Below, piece by piece: positions 53,980 through 64,000 of a DNA stretch of 64,000 nucleotides. The stretch is from the NCBI GenBank assembly GCA_963667565.1, contig OY763415.1:1-64000 (forward strand), read 5' to 3'. A program made the position numbers and the translations under genes. A model generated the notes under the pieces. That model had not been told where the DNA came from. It did not search any database and was given only the letters and a program-made list of their open reading frames with translations. Source of the DNA: Acholeplasmataceae bacterium. Lineage in GTDB: Bacteria; Bacillota_I; Bacilli_A; Acholeplasmatales; Acholeplasmataceae. How positions within the stretch are numbered: the first letter of the stretch is position 1; every line of letters starts with the position of its first letter.

Positions 53980-54378
53980 ATGGCAAATCAAAAAGCTCAA
54001 TTCTTTGGTACAGGACGTCGTAAAAGTTCAGTTGCTAGAGTAATCTTATCAAATGGTAAAGGCGAATTTATAATTAATGGCCGTACTTTTGAAGATTATA
54101 TTCCATCAGCTGCTACACGTTTAGATGTTCTTCAACCATTAGCATTAACTGAAAGTGAAGGCAAATATGACGTCACTGTTAATGTATCAGGTGGAGGACT
54201 TACTGGTCAAGCTGGTGCAATCCGTTTAGGTATTACACGCGCTTTACTTGAAATCAACCCTGATTTAAGAAGCACTTTAAAACCTGCAGGTTTAATCACA
54301 CGTGATCCACGTGCGAAAGAACGTAAAAAATATGGTTTAAAGAAAGCAAGAAAAGCTTCTCAATTCTCAAAACGTTAA
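53980..54378 (+). CDS. rpsI: 30S ribosomal protein S9
   Basis: [33 protein letters not shown]. Confidence 0.98.
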   Translation: MANQKAQFFGTGRRKSSVARVILSNGKGEFIINGRTFEDYIPSAATRLDVLQPLALTESEGKYDVTVNVSGGGLTGQAGAIRLGITRALLEINPDLRSTLKPAGLITRDPRAKERKKYGLKKARKASQFSKR

Positions 54379-54384
54379 TTTTAT

Positions 54385-54408
54385 GGAACCCGAAAGGGTT
54401 CTTTTTTT
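54385..54408 (+). terminator. Intrinsic terminator
   Basis: gaaccc-GAAA-gggttc plus T7. Confidence 0.9.
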
Positions 54409-54449
54409 GTCTTTAAAGCGTATAATAAAAGAAAAACAATGGGGTAAAT

Positions 54450-54713
54450 ATGATGCAAAAGTTTAAAAAATATATTATTTATATTTCACAAATCATCGTA
54501 AGTCTAATGGTCGTTGCAACACTAGTCTTTGAAGTTATGTTTCTCATTTTATTGCCATCATCTGATGTAAGTGGTCCAGATGGCACACAAATGATAGGAT
54601 TATTTGTCATGGGTATTTTTGATGTCTTTATACTGATGTATTTGGAAATGTTGAAAAAACCAAAACGACCACCATATCCTCACCATGATTTACCACCACA
54701 TTTGAAAGACTAA
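54450..54713 (+). CDS. Small 2-TM hypothetical protein
   Basis: Own -10 TATAAT; two TMs and a Pro/His-rich tail. Confidence 0.65.
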   Translation: MMQKFKKYIIYISQIIVSLMVVATLVFEVMFLILLPSSDVSGPDGTQMIGLFVMGIFDVFILMYLEMLKKPKRPPYPHHDLPPHLKD

Positions 54714-54806
54714 AAACCATCAAAAGAAATATTTTAAAAACACTTGGACCCTAGGGTCCATTTGTTTTCGTGCTATAATAAAGTGTATGTTACATGAGAG
54801 GTTTAT

Positions 54807-56429
54807 ATGAGACTAAACTATAAAACAACTTTTTATTTAGGACTTATATTTTTAGCAATTTCAATGTTTTGGCAAGCTTATGATATGCTCATTCCCAAAA
54901 TGCTTATTGATAAGTTCGGATTAAATCAGTTTCAATCCGGCATTGTCATGGCCATCGATAATTTGGTTGCAGTTATTTTGTTACCAATCATTGGTGTCAT
55001 TTCAGATAAGAGCAACAAAAAAAAGGGAAAGAGAACACCTTTTATTATTATAGGAACTGTGATTGCAGCATTTGCATTCATGGGGCTTTCATATGCTGAC
55101 TATGTGCAAACTGAAAAAATAGAAGCTACCAATATCATCAGTGAACATTATGATGTTGCATTTAATGATACTGATGACATCAAATTAACCGCTCATTGGC
55201 AAACCATTACAAGCATCATGAAAGACGAAAGAGATTTAGCCTTATCAAATCACCTGATTACAGATGAAGCATATCAAAAATGGTATGACAATGTTTATCT
55301 AGATATGCAAAATATTATTGATTCCAGCCAAACTGAGTTATCCACCAGAGATATTTCTAGAATTCAAGACGCTTATTATAACTATTTAAGCTTAAGAGCG
55401 TTTGAAGTTACATCGAAAGATCCGTTGGTATTCGTTATGTTTTCTATCATATTATTGATTGCTATTTTAGGGATGTCACTTTATAGAAGTCCTGCGGTCG
55501 CTTTAATGCCTGATGTAACGATTAAGCCACTTAGAACTGAAGCAAATGCTGTAGTGACGCTTATGGGTGCAATCGGTGGTGTATTTGCTGTATTTATTAT
55601 TATGATTTTTGGCTTATCAAATCAATCATATGGACTCTATTTTTCTACATTCATAACCATAGGTATATTCATGTTTGTAGCACTTTTTATTTTCTTAAGG
55701 AAAATAGATGAGCCTAAACTTGTTAAAGAAAGAATCGCTTTAGAACATGAACTACATTTAGATACATTGGATCAATATGAGCATCCAACAGAGTCATTTA
55801 CAAGAAAAAAAAGGATGTCATTATATTTCTTATTAGCAACCATCTTTTTCCTATTTTTCAGTTATAATGCAGTGATGAGTAAAATATCAGATTATTTACC
55901 AAAAGTGCTTAATTTAGAGTTTTATGATTGGCCATTTATGGTTGCTCAAGCACTCGTCTTAATCAGTATTTTTCCACTTGGATTAGCATCAATGATTTTA
56001 GGTAGAAAAAAATCGATGATTTATGGTTTATTGATGATAATTTTCTCTTTTGGAACGATTGCATTTATTGGAGAAAACCAAGTATTTCTATCTGCATTTA
56101 TCGTCCTTGTTGCTGGCTTTGGTTGGGTATTAACAGGAATTAATGCTTATCCGATGGTTGTAGAACTTAGTAAAGGTAGCAACATTGGTAAATATACAGG
56201 ATATTACTATATGGCATCTATGGGTGCACAAATCATAACACCTATGTTATCGGGTCTTTTAATGGACCAAAGCATATTAGGTAGATTGATATTATTCCCA
56301 TATGCAACTTTCTTTGCGATAATGGCTTTAATAACATTGATGTTTGTCCATCATGGAGATACACAAACATTGAGCAAAGATGATGTGAGAACTTTATTAC
56401 AAAATTACAAAAACAAGAGGAAATCATGA
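54807..56429 (+). CDS. MFS transporter (sucrose/maltose SLC45-like)
   Basis: GVISDKS...GKRTPFI, RSPAVALMPD, IGKYTGYYY. Confidence 0.88.
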   Translation: MRLNYKTTFYLGLIFLAISMFWQAYDMLIPKMLIDKFGLNQFQSGIVMAIDNLVAVILLPIIGVISDKSNKKKGKRTPFIIIGTVIAAFAFMGLSYADYVQTEKIEATNIISEHYDVAFNDTDDIKLTAHWQTITSIMKDERDLALSNHLITDEAYQKWYDNVYLDMQNIIDSSQTELSTRDISRIQDAYYNYLSLRAFEVTSKDPLVFVMFSIILLIAILGMSLYRSPAVALMPDVTIKPLRTEANAVVTLMGAIGGVFAVFIIMIFGLSNQSYGLYFSTFITIGIFMFVALFIFLRKIDEPKLVKERIALEHELHLDTLDQYEHPTESFTRKKRMSLYFLLATIFFLFFSYNAVMSKISDYLPKVLNLEFYDWPFMVAQALVLISIFPLGLASMILGRKKSMIYGLLMIIFSFGTIAFIGENQVFLSAFIVLVAGFGWVLTGINAYPMVVELSKGSNIGKYTGYYYMASMGAQIITPMLSGLLMDQSILGRLILFPYATFFAIMALITLMFVHHGDTQTLSKDDVRTLLQNYKNKRKS

Positions 56430-56944
56430 AAATTTTAGTGTTAGGTTATTCTGGTGCAGGCAAATCAACGTTTGCAAAAAAATTACATCAACATTACAAC
56501 ATTCCAGTCATATATTTAGATACGATTCATTTTAAAGCGAATTGGATTGAAAGAGAAGATGATGATATGTCACATGATTTAAGAGCATTTATGTCAAAAA
56601 ACGATGCTTGGATTATTGAAGGTAACTATCGTAGAATTGTTCCAGAACGACATGAATTAGCTGATCAAATCTTTATTTTTAAGTTAAGTAGACTAGCATG
56701 TTTACTAGGTATTATTAAAAGAAGAATCAAATATCGAAATAAACAAAGAGAGTCATCAGCTATAGGCTGTAAAGAAAAAATCGATTTTAGTTTCTTCATG
56801 TGGACCATCTTAACAGGCAGAACAAAAAAACGAAGAGCCTTTTTTAAATTGATTGAAGAAAAAAGAAAAGAAAACGTCATCGTTTTTAAAAATAGACATC
56901 AAATTAACACATATTTAAAGAATATAGGGATTAAAAATCACTAA
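56426..56944 (+). CDS. FlaR/topology-modulation-like P-loop kinase
   Basis: GYSGAGKST, YLDTIHF, WIIEGNY, GCKEKID. Confidence 0.85.
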   Translation: MKILVLGYSGAGKSTFAKKLHQHYNIPVIYLDTIHFKANWIEREDDDMSHDLRAFMSKNDAWIIEGNYRRIVPERHELADQIFIFKLSRLACLLGIIKRRIKYRNKQRESSAIGCKEKIDFSFFMWTILTGRTKKRRAFFKLIEEKRKENVIVFKNRHQINTYLKNIGIKNH

Positions 56945-57021
56945 ATATGAATAAATTCATATAAAGATTGTTAAAACCTTTGAATTATCGTATAATATAA
57001 ACTGCATGTTAGGTGGGATGA

Positions 57022-58368
57022 TTGATGAAAAAAGTTAGAGTAAGATACGCACCAAGCCCAACAGGATTACTACACATAGGGAATGCAAGAAGTGCTTTAT
57101 TTAATTACTTATTTGCACGTCATTTTAATGGTGAATTTATCATTAGAATTGAAGATACTGATGTATTACGTAATGTTGAAGGCGGAGAAGCGTCACAATT
57201 AAATTATTTAAGTTGGTTAGGACTATCATGGGATGAATCTCCAGATAAAGGTGGTCCTTTTGGTCCATATCGCCAACTAGAAAGATTAGATTTGTATACT
57301 AAATATGCTAATGAACTCCTAGATCGCGGTTTAGCATATAAAGAGTATAGAGAAAATAGCGAAAAGTTCGCCATTAGACTTAAAGTGCCTAATGATCAAA
57401 CATATACATTTGATGATTTGGTTAGAGGTAAACTCTCATTTGAAAGTAAAGAGGTTGAAGACTGGATTATTGTTAAAGATAATGGTATTCCAACGTATAA
57501 CTTCGCAGTGGTCATTGATGACCATTTTATGGAAATCACTCACGTCTTAAGAGGTGAGGAACATATTACAAATACACCAAAGCAGATTATGTTGTATCAA
57601 GCTTTTGGATGGGATGTTCCACTTTTTGGACATATGACAATCATTGTCAATGAAAACAAGAAAAAATTATCTAAAAGAGATAAAAACGTCATTCAGTTTA
57701 TTTCTGAATATGAAGCAATGGGTTATTTACCTGAAGCGATGTTTAATTTCATTGCTTTATTAGGTTGGTCTCCTCAAGGCAACAAAGAAATATTATCAAA
57801 AGAACAAATTGTTCAACAATTTGATCCTAAGCGTTTATCAAAAGCACCAGCGATGTTTGATAAAGACAAATTAGCGTTTATAAACTCTAGATATATTAAA
57901 AAATTATCAATTGAAGCATTATCAGAAAAAATCAAACCATTCCTTGAAAAAGAAGGTATTGAAATTGTCAGTCAAGCATGGCTTGAATTACTTGCAAGTG
58001 TGTTCCAAGATCGCATGAGTTATATTGGTGAAATCGCACAACTTTACAAAGAATTTTTCCATGATGATTTTAAATTAAATGATGAAGCTTTCCAATTCTT
58101 AAAAGAAAATAACAGCCTAGAACTTATTGAAACATTTAAGTCTATGCTAGAAGATAAACCATTTGAAGTTGAAGTCTTAGATCAAGCAATCAATGAAGTG
58201 AGTAAACAACTTGATGTTACAGGTAAACCATTGTTTATGGGCATTAGAATTGCTGCAACCGGTGATATGCATGGCCCAAGCTTAGCAAATTGTATTGCAT
58301 TACTTGAAAAAGAAAGAGTCTTAAAAAGACTTCAAAATGTGGCAGATAAATTAAGAGGTGAAGTATGA
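57022..58368 (+). CDS. gltX: Glutamate--tRNA ligase
   Basis: RYAPSPTG.LHIGN, RIEDTD, RGEEH, KKLSKR. Confidence 0.97.
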   Translation: MMKKVRVRYAPSPTGLLHIGNARSALFNYLFARHFNGEFIIRIEDTDVLRNVEGGEASQLNYLSWLGLSWDESPDKGGPFGPYRQLERLDLYTKYANELLDRGLAYKEYRENSEKFAIRLKVPNDQTYTFDDLVRGKLSFESKEVEDWIIVKDNGIPTYNFAVVIDDHFMEITHVLRGEEHITNTPKQIMLYQAFGWDVPLFGHMTIIVNENKKKLSKRDKNVIQFISEYEAMGYLPEAMFNFIALLGWSPQGNKEILSKEQIVQQFDPKRLSKAPAMFDKDKLAFINSRYIKKLSIEALSEKIKPFLEKEGIEIVSQAWLELLASVFQDRMSYIGEIAQLYKEFFHDDFKLNDEAFQFLKENNSLELIETFKSMLEDKPFEVEVLDQAINEVSKQLDVTGKPLFMGIRIAATGDMHGPSLANCIALLEKERVLKRLQNVADKLRGEV

Positions 58369-59921
58369 AAAAAATAGTATTTTTAGGATTAATGATGATT
58401 TCATTATTTCTACTTGTAGGTTGTAATAACACAGCAGCAACTGCAACATTTGATAACATCGATAGAACCTTTAGTTCGATTACTTTTGATGTCACAGTGA
58501 CGGATCCAGATAGCGAAATCACTGGATACACATATGTTAAAATCTACGATCAACAAGATGAAGTCTTAGATAGTACATTACTTACATTTGCTGATGGCGA
58601 GACAACATTAACTGAAGAAGCATTAACTTTTGATGCATTAGATAGTGAGACTATTTATACACTTAAGGTGATTGCTACCATTGAAAAGAAAAATGTTGAA
58701 CTTGTAACATATGAATTTGAAACACAATCAGAAGAAGATTTAACCATTAATACAGCAGAAGAATTTATGGCAATGAGCACTAATCGTTCAGGAAACTTCT
58801 TACTTGGTAATGATATTGACTTTTCAGGTGTTGAATTTGTGATGCCATTCCCTTCAGGAAAGAGTTTCTTAGGGACTTTTGATGGTCAAGGATATACATT
58901 AAGTAATATTACCATCCCAACTGTAACAACTTATACAGGCGTATTTGGTAATTTATCTACAGGTTCAGTAACAAACTTAAACTTAGACAACATTACAATA
59001 GGTGATGAAGCAAATCCATATGAAGCAACTGCTTCATCTAGAGTCGGATTCTTAACTGGATACGTATCATCAAGCGCGGGTATCATTTCTAATGTAACTA
59101 TTTCTAATAGTCAAATGTTCTTCAAGTCATCTTCAACCATTTCAACTTATGTTGGTGGTGTTGTCGGTGAAATGAGAGGAAGTATGAATAACGTTGCGAT
59201 TAATGATTCATCAATCAATGTTGAAATCACTGCTAAAGCTGATGTTAGAGTTGGTGGTGTCATTGGTTATTTATATGAAGATGCAGTCGTTAAACAAGTA
59301 TCATCATCAGGTGAGATCAATTTTGTATTAAATGGTACGGACTTAGGTGATGGCGATGATAGTTACGTTGATGTTGCAGGTGTCATTGGAAGAAATGATG
59401 CAACTGATGTCACAGATTCAGTCACAGAATTATTTAGTTCAATGGATTTAAATGTTGAAATGAATTATAACACTTTAGAAGAAACGAATAGTGCAAATTA
59501 CAGTTTGACTGTAGGTGGACTCATTGGTTACTCTACAGCAACCATTAAAGAAGGTTTCTATAATGGTTCAATTGATGTGACTCAAGTCTCATCAGCATTT
59601 GAAGCAAATGCAAACATTAGATTTAATGTTTCAGGACTCATTGGTAAATACTTTGGAAGATTAGAATTAGAAAACTTAATTAGATTTGGTAATGGTGCAC
59701 AAATCACAGTATCAACATCTAATGATGTCATCGTCTTATTTGATCAATTGGTTGCTTATGATGTTTATAGTAAAACACACGTGATTGGTGTTGTTGGTTC
59801 ACAAGATGCAACCATCAATGGTACAGTTATCACAGATTTAGCACCAGTGATCACCGATAGCAACACATTCTTTACAAGCGAATTTATTCAAAATGCATTT
59901 GATTTAATTAACGTTGCTTAA
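58365..59921 (+). CDS. Lipoprotein with FN3-like domain and GLUG-type beta-helix repeats
   Basis: Lipobox LVGC; LGNDIDF, GTFDGQGYTLSN, repeated VGG(V/L)(V/I)G. Confidence 0.8.
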   Translation: MKKIVFLGLMMISLFLLVGCNNTAATATFDNIDRTFSSITFDVTVTDPDSEITGYTYVKIYDQQDEVLDSTLLTFADGETTLTEEALTFDALDSETIYTLKVIATIEKKNVELVTYEFETQSEEDLTINTAEEFMAMSTNRSGNFLLGNDIDFSGVEFVMPFPSGKSFLGTFDGQGYTLSNITIPTVTTYTGVFGNLSTGSVTNLNLDNITIGDEANPYEATASSRVGFLTGYVSSSAGIISNVTISNSQMFFKSSSTISTYVGGVVGEMRGSMNNVAINDSSINVEITAKADVRVGGVIGYLYEDAVVKQVSSSGEINFVLNGTDLGDGDDSYVDVAGVIGRNDATDVTDSVTELFSSMDLNVEMNYNTLEETNSANYSLTVGGLIGYSTATIKEGFYNGSIDVTQVSSAFEANANIRFNVSGLIGKYFGRLELENLIRFGNGAQITVSTSNDVIVLFDQLVAYDVYSKTHVIGVVGSQDATINGTVITDLAPVITDSNTFFTSEFIQNAFDLINVA

Positions 59922-59992
59922 CTAAGATTAAAGAACGACATACCAGTCGTTCTTCTTTTTTTATTATGCTATAATAAAAGAGGGTGAATCAT

Positions 59993-61816
59993 ATGAAAAT
60001 TTCTAAAACAAGATTTATTAACGATTTAAGATGCCACAGATTTGCAGCATTAGAATCCCTTTATAAAGATAAAGACAAGGCTATTGTCTCTTTTTCCGAT
60101 GATCCTGATTTAGATGAGCTGATGAGTGAAGAGAATCAAGATAAAATGAGTATCTTGTTAAATGATATGTATGATGAAGAAGATGAAGATTTATTAGAAA
60201 AATCCGATCCACAAATGGAAACGATGTTACCTTATTATAATCAAATAGAAATCATTGCTGGTCACGCAATTGATCATAGATTTAAAGGACAAACTGTTTA
60301 TAGTTTGGATACATATAAACAACAACGCTTTGAATTTGAAAAAGATGGATATCAATTTTATTGTTTTCTTGATGGATATCAAGAAGATGAAACTTACACG
60401 CGTATTTTCGAGGTAAAAGCAACCACATCTAAAAAGTTTTTAGATATGTCATTTAAAAACGATGATGGTGATAAAATGCCAATATTTGATTATTCACCAG
60501 AAGGCATTTTAATGTTTCAAAAAGATCTATTAACGCCTGTGAATGAAGATTATGATAAAAAAGTGAAGAAGTTAAAAAATAGATTATCTAAAGCAGGAAG
60601 ATATATCTATGATATTGCATATCAAAGATATGTTTTTGAAAAATCAAAAGCATCCTTTAAAAAACATAAATATTATTTAGCTGTATTAAATAGTGAATAT
60701 GTTCATGATGGTAAAACTGATGAACATGGGCTTCCTATTTATCCAGATGATTTAATTGTTTTTATTGATGTGACAAACTTTTTAGATGAAATGATGAGTC
60801 TTGTCGAAAGCGATATTGAAACAGTGATCAATCGATTAAATACTTTGAATGCTGAGGCTGTTCCATTAGGAGATCATTGCCAAAGAAAAGACTCAAGACA
60901 ATGTAAATTTTTCCCTATTTGTTATAAACATGTGCCAGAGTATAATTCCATATTTACATATTTAAGTGGACATGCAGGATTTACGGAACCATCTGGTATC
61001 AAACATGATCGTTTTGACTTACTTAATGAAGGATATGTTCAAGCAACTGACATTCCATACGGATGGCTTAACAGAGAAAACAATAGACTCCAACGTGACG
61101 TCATTGATAGTGGTGTTGCATACATTGATAAAGACAAAATCAAGAAAGCCATTGAGTCATTAAAATATCCGATTTATCATCTAGATTTTGAAACTTTTCC
61201 TTGTCCTCTGCCAAGATTTAAAGGTGAAAAGCCTTATGCACAATCTCTATTTCAATATTCAATTCATATTGAACATGCGCCTGGGATTTGTGATAAGGAT
61301 CTAGATAATTATAGTTACATTGCGACAAAACACGATGATTTAAGAAAAGACTTAGTTGAACACATGTTAGACATCATTAAAGATGATCAAGGCTCTATCA
61401 TGGCTTATAATATCTCATTTGAAAAAACAAGATTAAAGGAAATGGCTCAAATTTATCCCGAGTATCGTGATCGATTACACCGTATGATGGATCGATTGGT
61501 TGACTTGATGTATTTTCTTAGAGGTAATAAAAAACTATTTGAAAGTCTAGGATTTCCTGATAGTTCAAATTTTAATTATTATCACAATAATTTAAATGGT
61601 TCATTTTCAATTAAAAAGGTTTTACCTATATTCAGTCATTTGACTTACAAAGGTATGCCGATTGCAAATGGTACAGAAGCATTAGTGGCTTACGCAAGGT
61701 TTCCGATGATGGAAGAAGAAACATTTAAAAAGACTTATAAAGACTTACTAGAATACTGCAAACAAGATACATGGGCTATGGTTGAAATCTTAGATTCGCT
61801 TCGTAAAATTGTATAA
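59993..61816 (+). CDS. DUF2779 protein (RecB/Cas4-like nuclease plus RNase H-like exonuclease)
   Basis: ISKTRF, LD..EVKATT..DIAYQ, HLDFET, FQYSIH, YNISFE, SFSIKKVLP, YCKQDT. Confidence 0.85.
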   Translation: MKISKTRFINDLRCHRFAALESLYKDKDKAIVSFSDDPDLDELMSEENQDKMSILLNDMYDEEDEDLLEKSDPQMETMLPYYNQIEIIAGHAIDHRFKGQTVYSLDTYKQQRFEFEKDGYQFYCFLDGYQEDETYTRIFEVKATTSKKFLDMSFKNDDGDKMPIFDYSPEGILMFQKDLLTPVNEDYDKKVKKLKNRLSKAGRYIYDIAYQRYVFEKSKASFKKHKYYLAVLNSEYVHDGKTDEHGLPIYPDDLIVFIDVTNFLDEMMSLVESDIETVINRLNTLNAEAVPLGDHCQRKDSRQCKFFPICYKHVPEYNSIFTYLSGHAGFTEPSGIKHDRFDLLNEGYVQATDIPYGWLNRENNRLQRDVIDSGVAYIDKDKIKKAIESLKYPIYHLDFETFPCPLPRFKGEKPYAQSLFQYSIHIEHAPGICDKDLDNYSYIATKHDDLRKDLVEHMLDIIKDDQGSIMAYNISFEKTRLKEMAQIYPEYRDRLHRMMDRLVDLMYFLRGNKKLFESLGFPDSSNFNYYHNNLNGSFSIKKVLPIFSHLTYKGMPIANGTEALVAYARFPMMEEETFKKTYKDLLEYCKQDTWAMVEILDSLRKIV

Positions 61817-61946
61817 AAATCACGATCTATTATTGTGGTTTTTTTCTTTGTAAAGCCAAAATCATAAAATCATGTGTTAAAATGGCTATGACTTGTTATT
61901 TTATAATTTATCAATTATAATAAAACAAAAAGGAAGGTTTAATTGT

Positions 61947-63260
61947 ATGCTAAAAATTTATAACACACTTACAAATCAAATAGAACCATTTAAACCGATC
62001 AAACCTAACAAGGTGAATATGTATGTTTGTGGACCTACTGTCTATTCAGATATTCATATTGGAAACGCAAGACCTGTGATTTTTTTTGATGTTGTCAAAA
62101 GATATTTGGCACATTTAGGATATAAAGTTTATTACGTATCAAATATTACAGATGTTGATGATAAAATTATCGACCGTGCGAAAGCTTTGGGGATGAGCGA
62201 AGAAAATCTTGCTAAAGTATATACAGATCGTTTTTTAGATATGCATCAAAAAGTGGGTAGTATCTTACCTGATTTTATGCCAAAAGCAACCGATTATGTC
62301 ACCTCAATGATTGAATATATCGATGATTTGGTTAAACAAGGTTATGCATATCAAACCAGCGAAGGTGTCTATTTTAGAGTATCAAAAGTTAAAGATTATG
62401 GTATTTTAAGCAACCAAGATTTAAATCAACTATCAGAAGGTGTTCGTGTTGATTTAGATCCTGAAAAAGAAAATCCAAGAGATTTCAGTTTATGGAAAAA
62501 GACTGAAGATGGGCTTAGATTTTCATCACCATGGGGTGATGGCAGACCAGGATGGCACACAGAATGTGCAGTCATGAATCATGACATTTTTGAAGGTGAA
62601 ATTGATATTCATGGTGGTGGTTCTGATTTAAGATTCCCTCATCATGAAAACGAAATAGCTCAAGCCCAAGCACATGACCATCACCATTTAGCAAAATATT
62701 GGATGCATGTGGGACGCTTAGATGTCGATCAAGTTAAGATGAGCAAATCACTAGGAAATATTACTTTGGTTAAAGATATGGTTGAAAATTATCATCCGCT
62801 TGCATTTAGATTGTTTATGATTGCGCATCATTACAGACAACCTATTAATTATTCTATAGAAGTGATGAATGAATATGCAGGCATTTATGATAAAATAGTA
62901 AGAAACCTTAAAAAGGCTTTTCTTTCATTGTCACTTGATGGTTTACAAAATGGTGATGTTGATCAAAGCGTGATGGATCAGTTTGAAGCGATGATGAATG
63001 ATGATTTTAATACACCTAATGTGATTACACTCATTTATGATTTGGTCAAACAACTCAATAAAACTAATGAAGTTGAACATCGCTTGGTTTTATTTATGAC
63101 CATCAAACGTATTATGGTGATATTAGGCTTAATGCCTCAATTTGAATTACAAGATGAAATTATTATGACATATAAAGATTGGCAAACAGCAAGAGAACAA
63201 AAGAATTTTAGACTTGCAGACGAATTAAGAGGTAAACTCACAGAACAAGGTTGGATTTAA
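61947..63260 (+). CDS. cysS: Cysteine--tRNA ligase
   Basis: MYVCGPTVY, HIGN, GRPGWHTEC, FPHHENE, KMSKS. Confidence 0.97.
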   Translation: MLKIYNTLTNQIEPFKPIKPNKVNMYVCGPTVYSDIHIGNARPVIFFDVVKRYLAHLGYKVYYVSNITDVDDKIIDRAKALGMSEENLAKVYTDRFLDMHQKVGSILPDFMPKATDYVTSMIEYIDDLVKQGYAYQTSEGVYFRVSKVKDYGILSNQDLNQLSEGVRVDLDPEKENPRDFSLWKKTEDGLRFSSPWGDGRPGWHTECAVMNHDIFEGEIDIHGGGSDLRFPHHENEIAQAQAHDHHHLAKYWMHVGRLDVDQVKMSKSLGNITLVKDMVENYHPLAFRLFMIAHHYRQPINYSIEVMNEYAGIYDKIVRNLKKAFLSLSLDGLQNGDVDQSVMDQFEAMMNDDFNTPNVITLIYDLVKQLNKTNEVEHRLVLFMTIKRIMVILGLMPQFELQDEIIMTYKDWQTAREQKNFRLADELRGKLTEQGWI

Positions 63261-63261
63261 T

Positions 63262-63633
63262 GTGAATGGTTTAACACTCGCTTATTTAGGCGATGCTTAT
63301 TATGAATTAAAGATTAGAAATTATCTTGTGTCCAAAGGATTAACAGATGTGAATCAATTACACCAACAAGCAGTAAAGTTTACATCAGGTGTTGCACAAG
63401 CTAAATTCATTGAATATTTTATTTTAAATCAAGTGTTAAATGAAAAAGAAATTAACACGTTTAAAAGAGGCAGAAATGCTGGTGGACAAGGAAGAAAAAA
63501 TATTGATGCTAAAACCTATCAAAGTGCGACAGGCTTTGAGGCACTCATCGGTGATTTATTTCTTCAAGATAAAGCAAGAGCAGATCAATTAATCAACTTG
63601 TGTATCGATCTTGTGGATCGGGGTGAAATATAG
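63262..63633 (+). CDS. mrnC: Mini-ribonuclease III
   Basis: LAYLGDAYYEL, KRGRNA, ATGFEALIG; follows cysS. Confidence 0.93.
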   Translation: MNGLTLAYLGDAYYELKIRNYLVSKGLTDVNQLHQQAVKFTSGVAQAKFIEYFILNQVLNEKEINTFKRGRNAGGQGRKNIDAKTYQSATGFEALIGDLFLQDKARADQLINLCIDLVDRGEI

Positions 63634-63634
63634 G

Positions 63635-64000
63635 ATGGAAAAAGCAAAAGAAATCCAGAGAAATAAAGATCTAGATCAACTTTTAAAAAAAGATGAAAAA
63701 GGTCCAAAAACAATCGTTAAAGATAATATGGTAAAAATGAAGGGTGATCCTTTAGGACTTAGAGTGCCTTTGGATGATGAACCTTCTTTAAATACGCGAA
63801 AAAGCAAAATTAAGAAAATGGATGATATCGTTGTAGAAAGATACAATCCAGATGCTAAAGTCGGTTTAACAACCGAAGATGTTGAAGCACGTCAAATGGC
63901 GGGTTTAGTCAATGTTGCGGAAACAGGATCAACAAAAAGCATTTCCTCAATTATTTCTAGCAATATTTTTACACTTTTTAACTTCTTAATGTTCTTAATC
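63635..64000 (+). CDS. Cation-transporting P-type ATPase, N-terminus (partial)
   Basis: Manual translation: ...VGLTTEDVEARQMAGLVN...SNIFTLFNFLMFL (Cation_ATPase_N pattern); runs off the window. Confidence 0.75.
   Translation, partial: MEKAKEIQRNKDLDQLLKKDEKGPKTIVKDNMVKMKGDPLGLRVPLDDEPSLNTRKSKIKKMDDIVVERYNPDAKVGLTTEDVEARQMAGLVNVAETGSTKSISSIISSNIFTLFNFLMFLI

Noticed and set aside
56945..57021. T-box leader upstream of gltX (and of cysS at 61817-61946); ATATGAAT-aa-ATTCATAT palindrome as an ARG box
   Set aside because: The leaders are too short and lack the T-box GGTGGNACC; the palindrome spacing does not fit an ARG box and it is AT-rich.
1..64000. CRISPR array, tRNA/rRNA genes, IS/transposase, integrase
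   Set aside because: No regularly spaced repeats, cloverleaf or rRNA-like GC-rich stretch, or DDE/recombinase motifs were seen by eye.
1..64000. Mycoplasma-type UGA=Trp recoding to explain split genes
   Set aside because: Trp is encoded by TGG throughout, TGA ends intact genes (e.g. 37734, 49966), and the splits are frame changes rather than in-frame TGA.

Overview
Low-GC bacterial chromosomal window using the standard genetic code (TGA is a stop, Trp is TGG). Gene content and style suggest a wall-less Acholeplasmatales/Izemoplasmatales-like Mollicute; this is inference. Bases 1-7 kb are accessory: the 3' end of a type I restriction hsdR, an Upf1/DNA2-like SF1 helicase with a C-terminal DUF2726-like nuclease-fold domain, and a racemase / cytidylyltransferase / PLD-fold cassette. 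The rest is mostly housekeeping and envelope genes: ABC-F, amino-acid ABC transporter, two csp copies, two diguanylate cyclases, MMPL+TetR, PII-like/antiporter/mscL/mscS, MacB-type ABCs, SecB-like, htpG, ldh, class II photolyase, uraA/pyrR with attenuator, rplM-rpsI, gltX, DUF2779, cysS and mrnC. About 20 genes between 0.9 and 23.6 kb are split by 1-nt indels, probably consensus errors. The best candidate for a novel system is an AbiEi-AbiEii (type IV TA / abortive infection) operon at 49315-51347. It has an intact autoregulatory inverted repeat, and its nucleotidyltransferase toxin is fused in-frame to a catalytically complete histidine phosphatase, a possible built-in 'eraser' for the phosphorylation switch known to silence this toxin family. 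No CRISPR array, rRNA, tRNA or transposase was seen.
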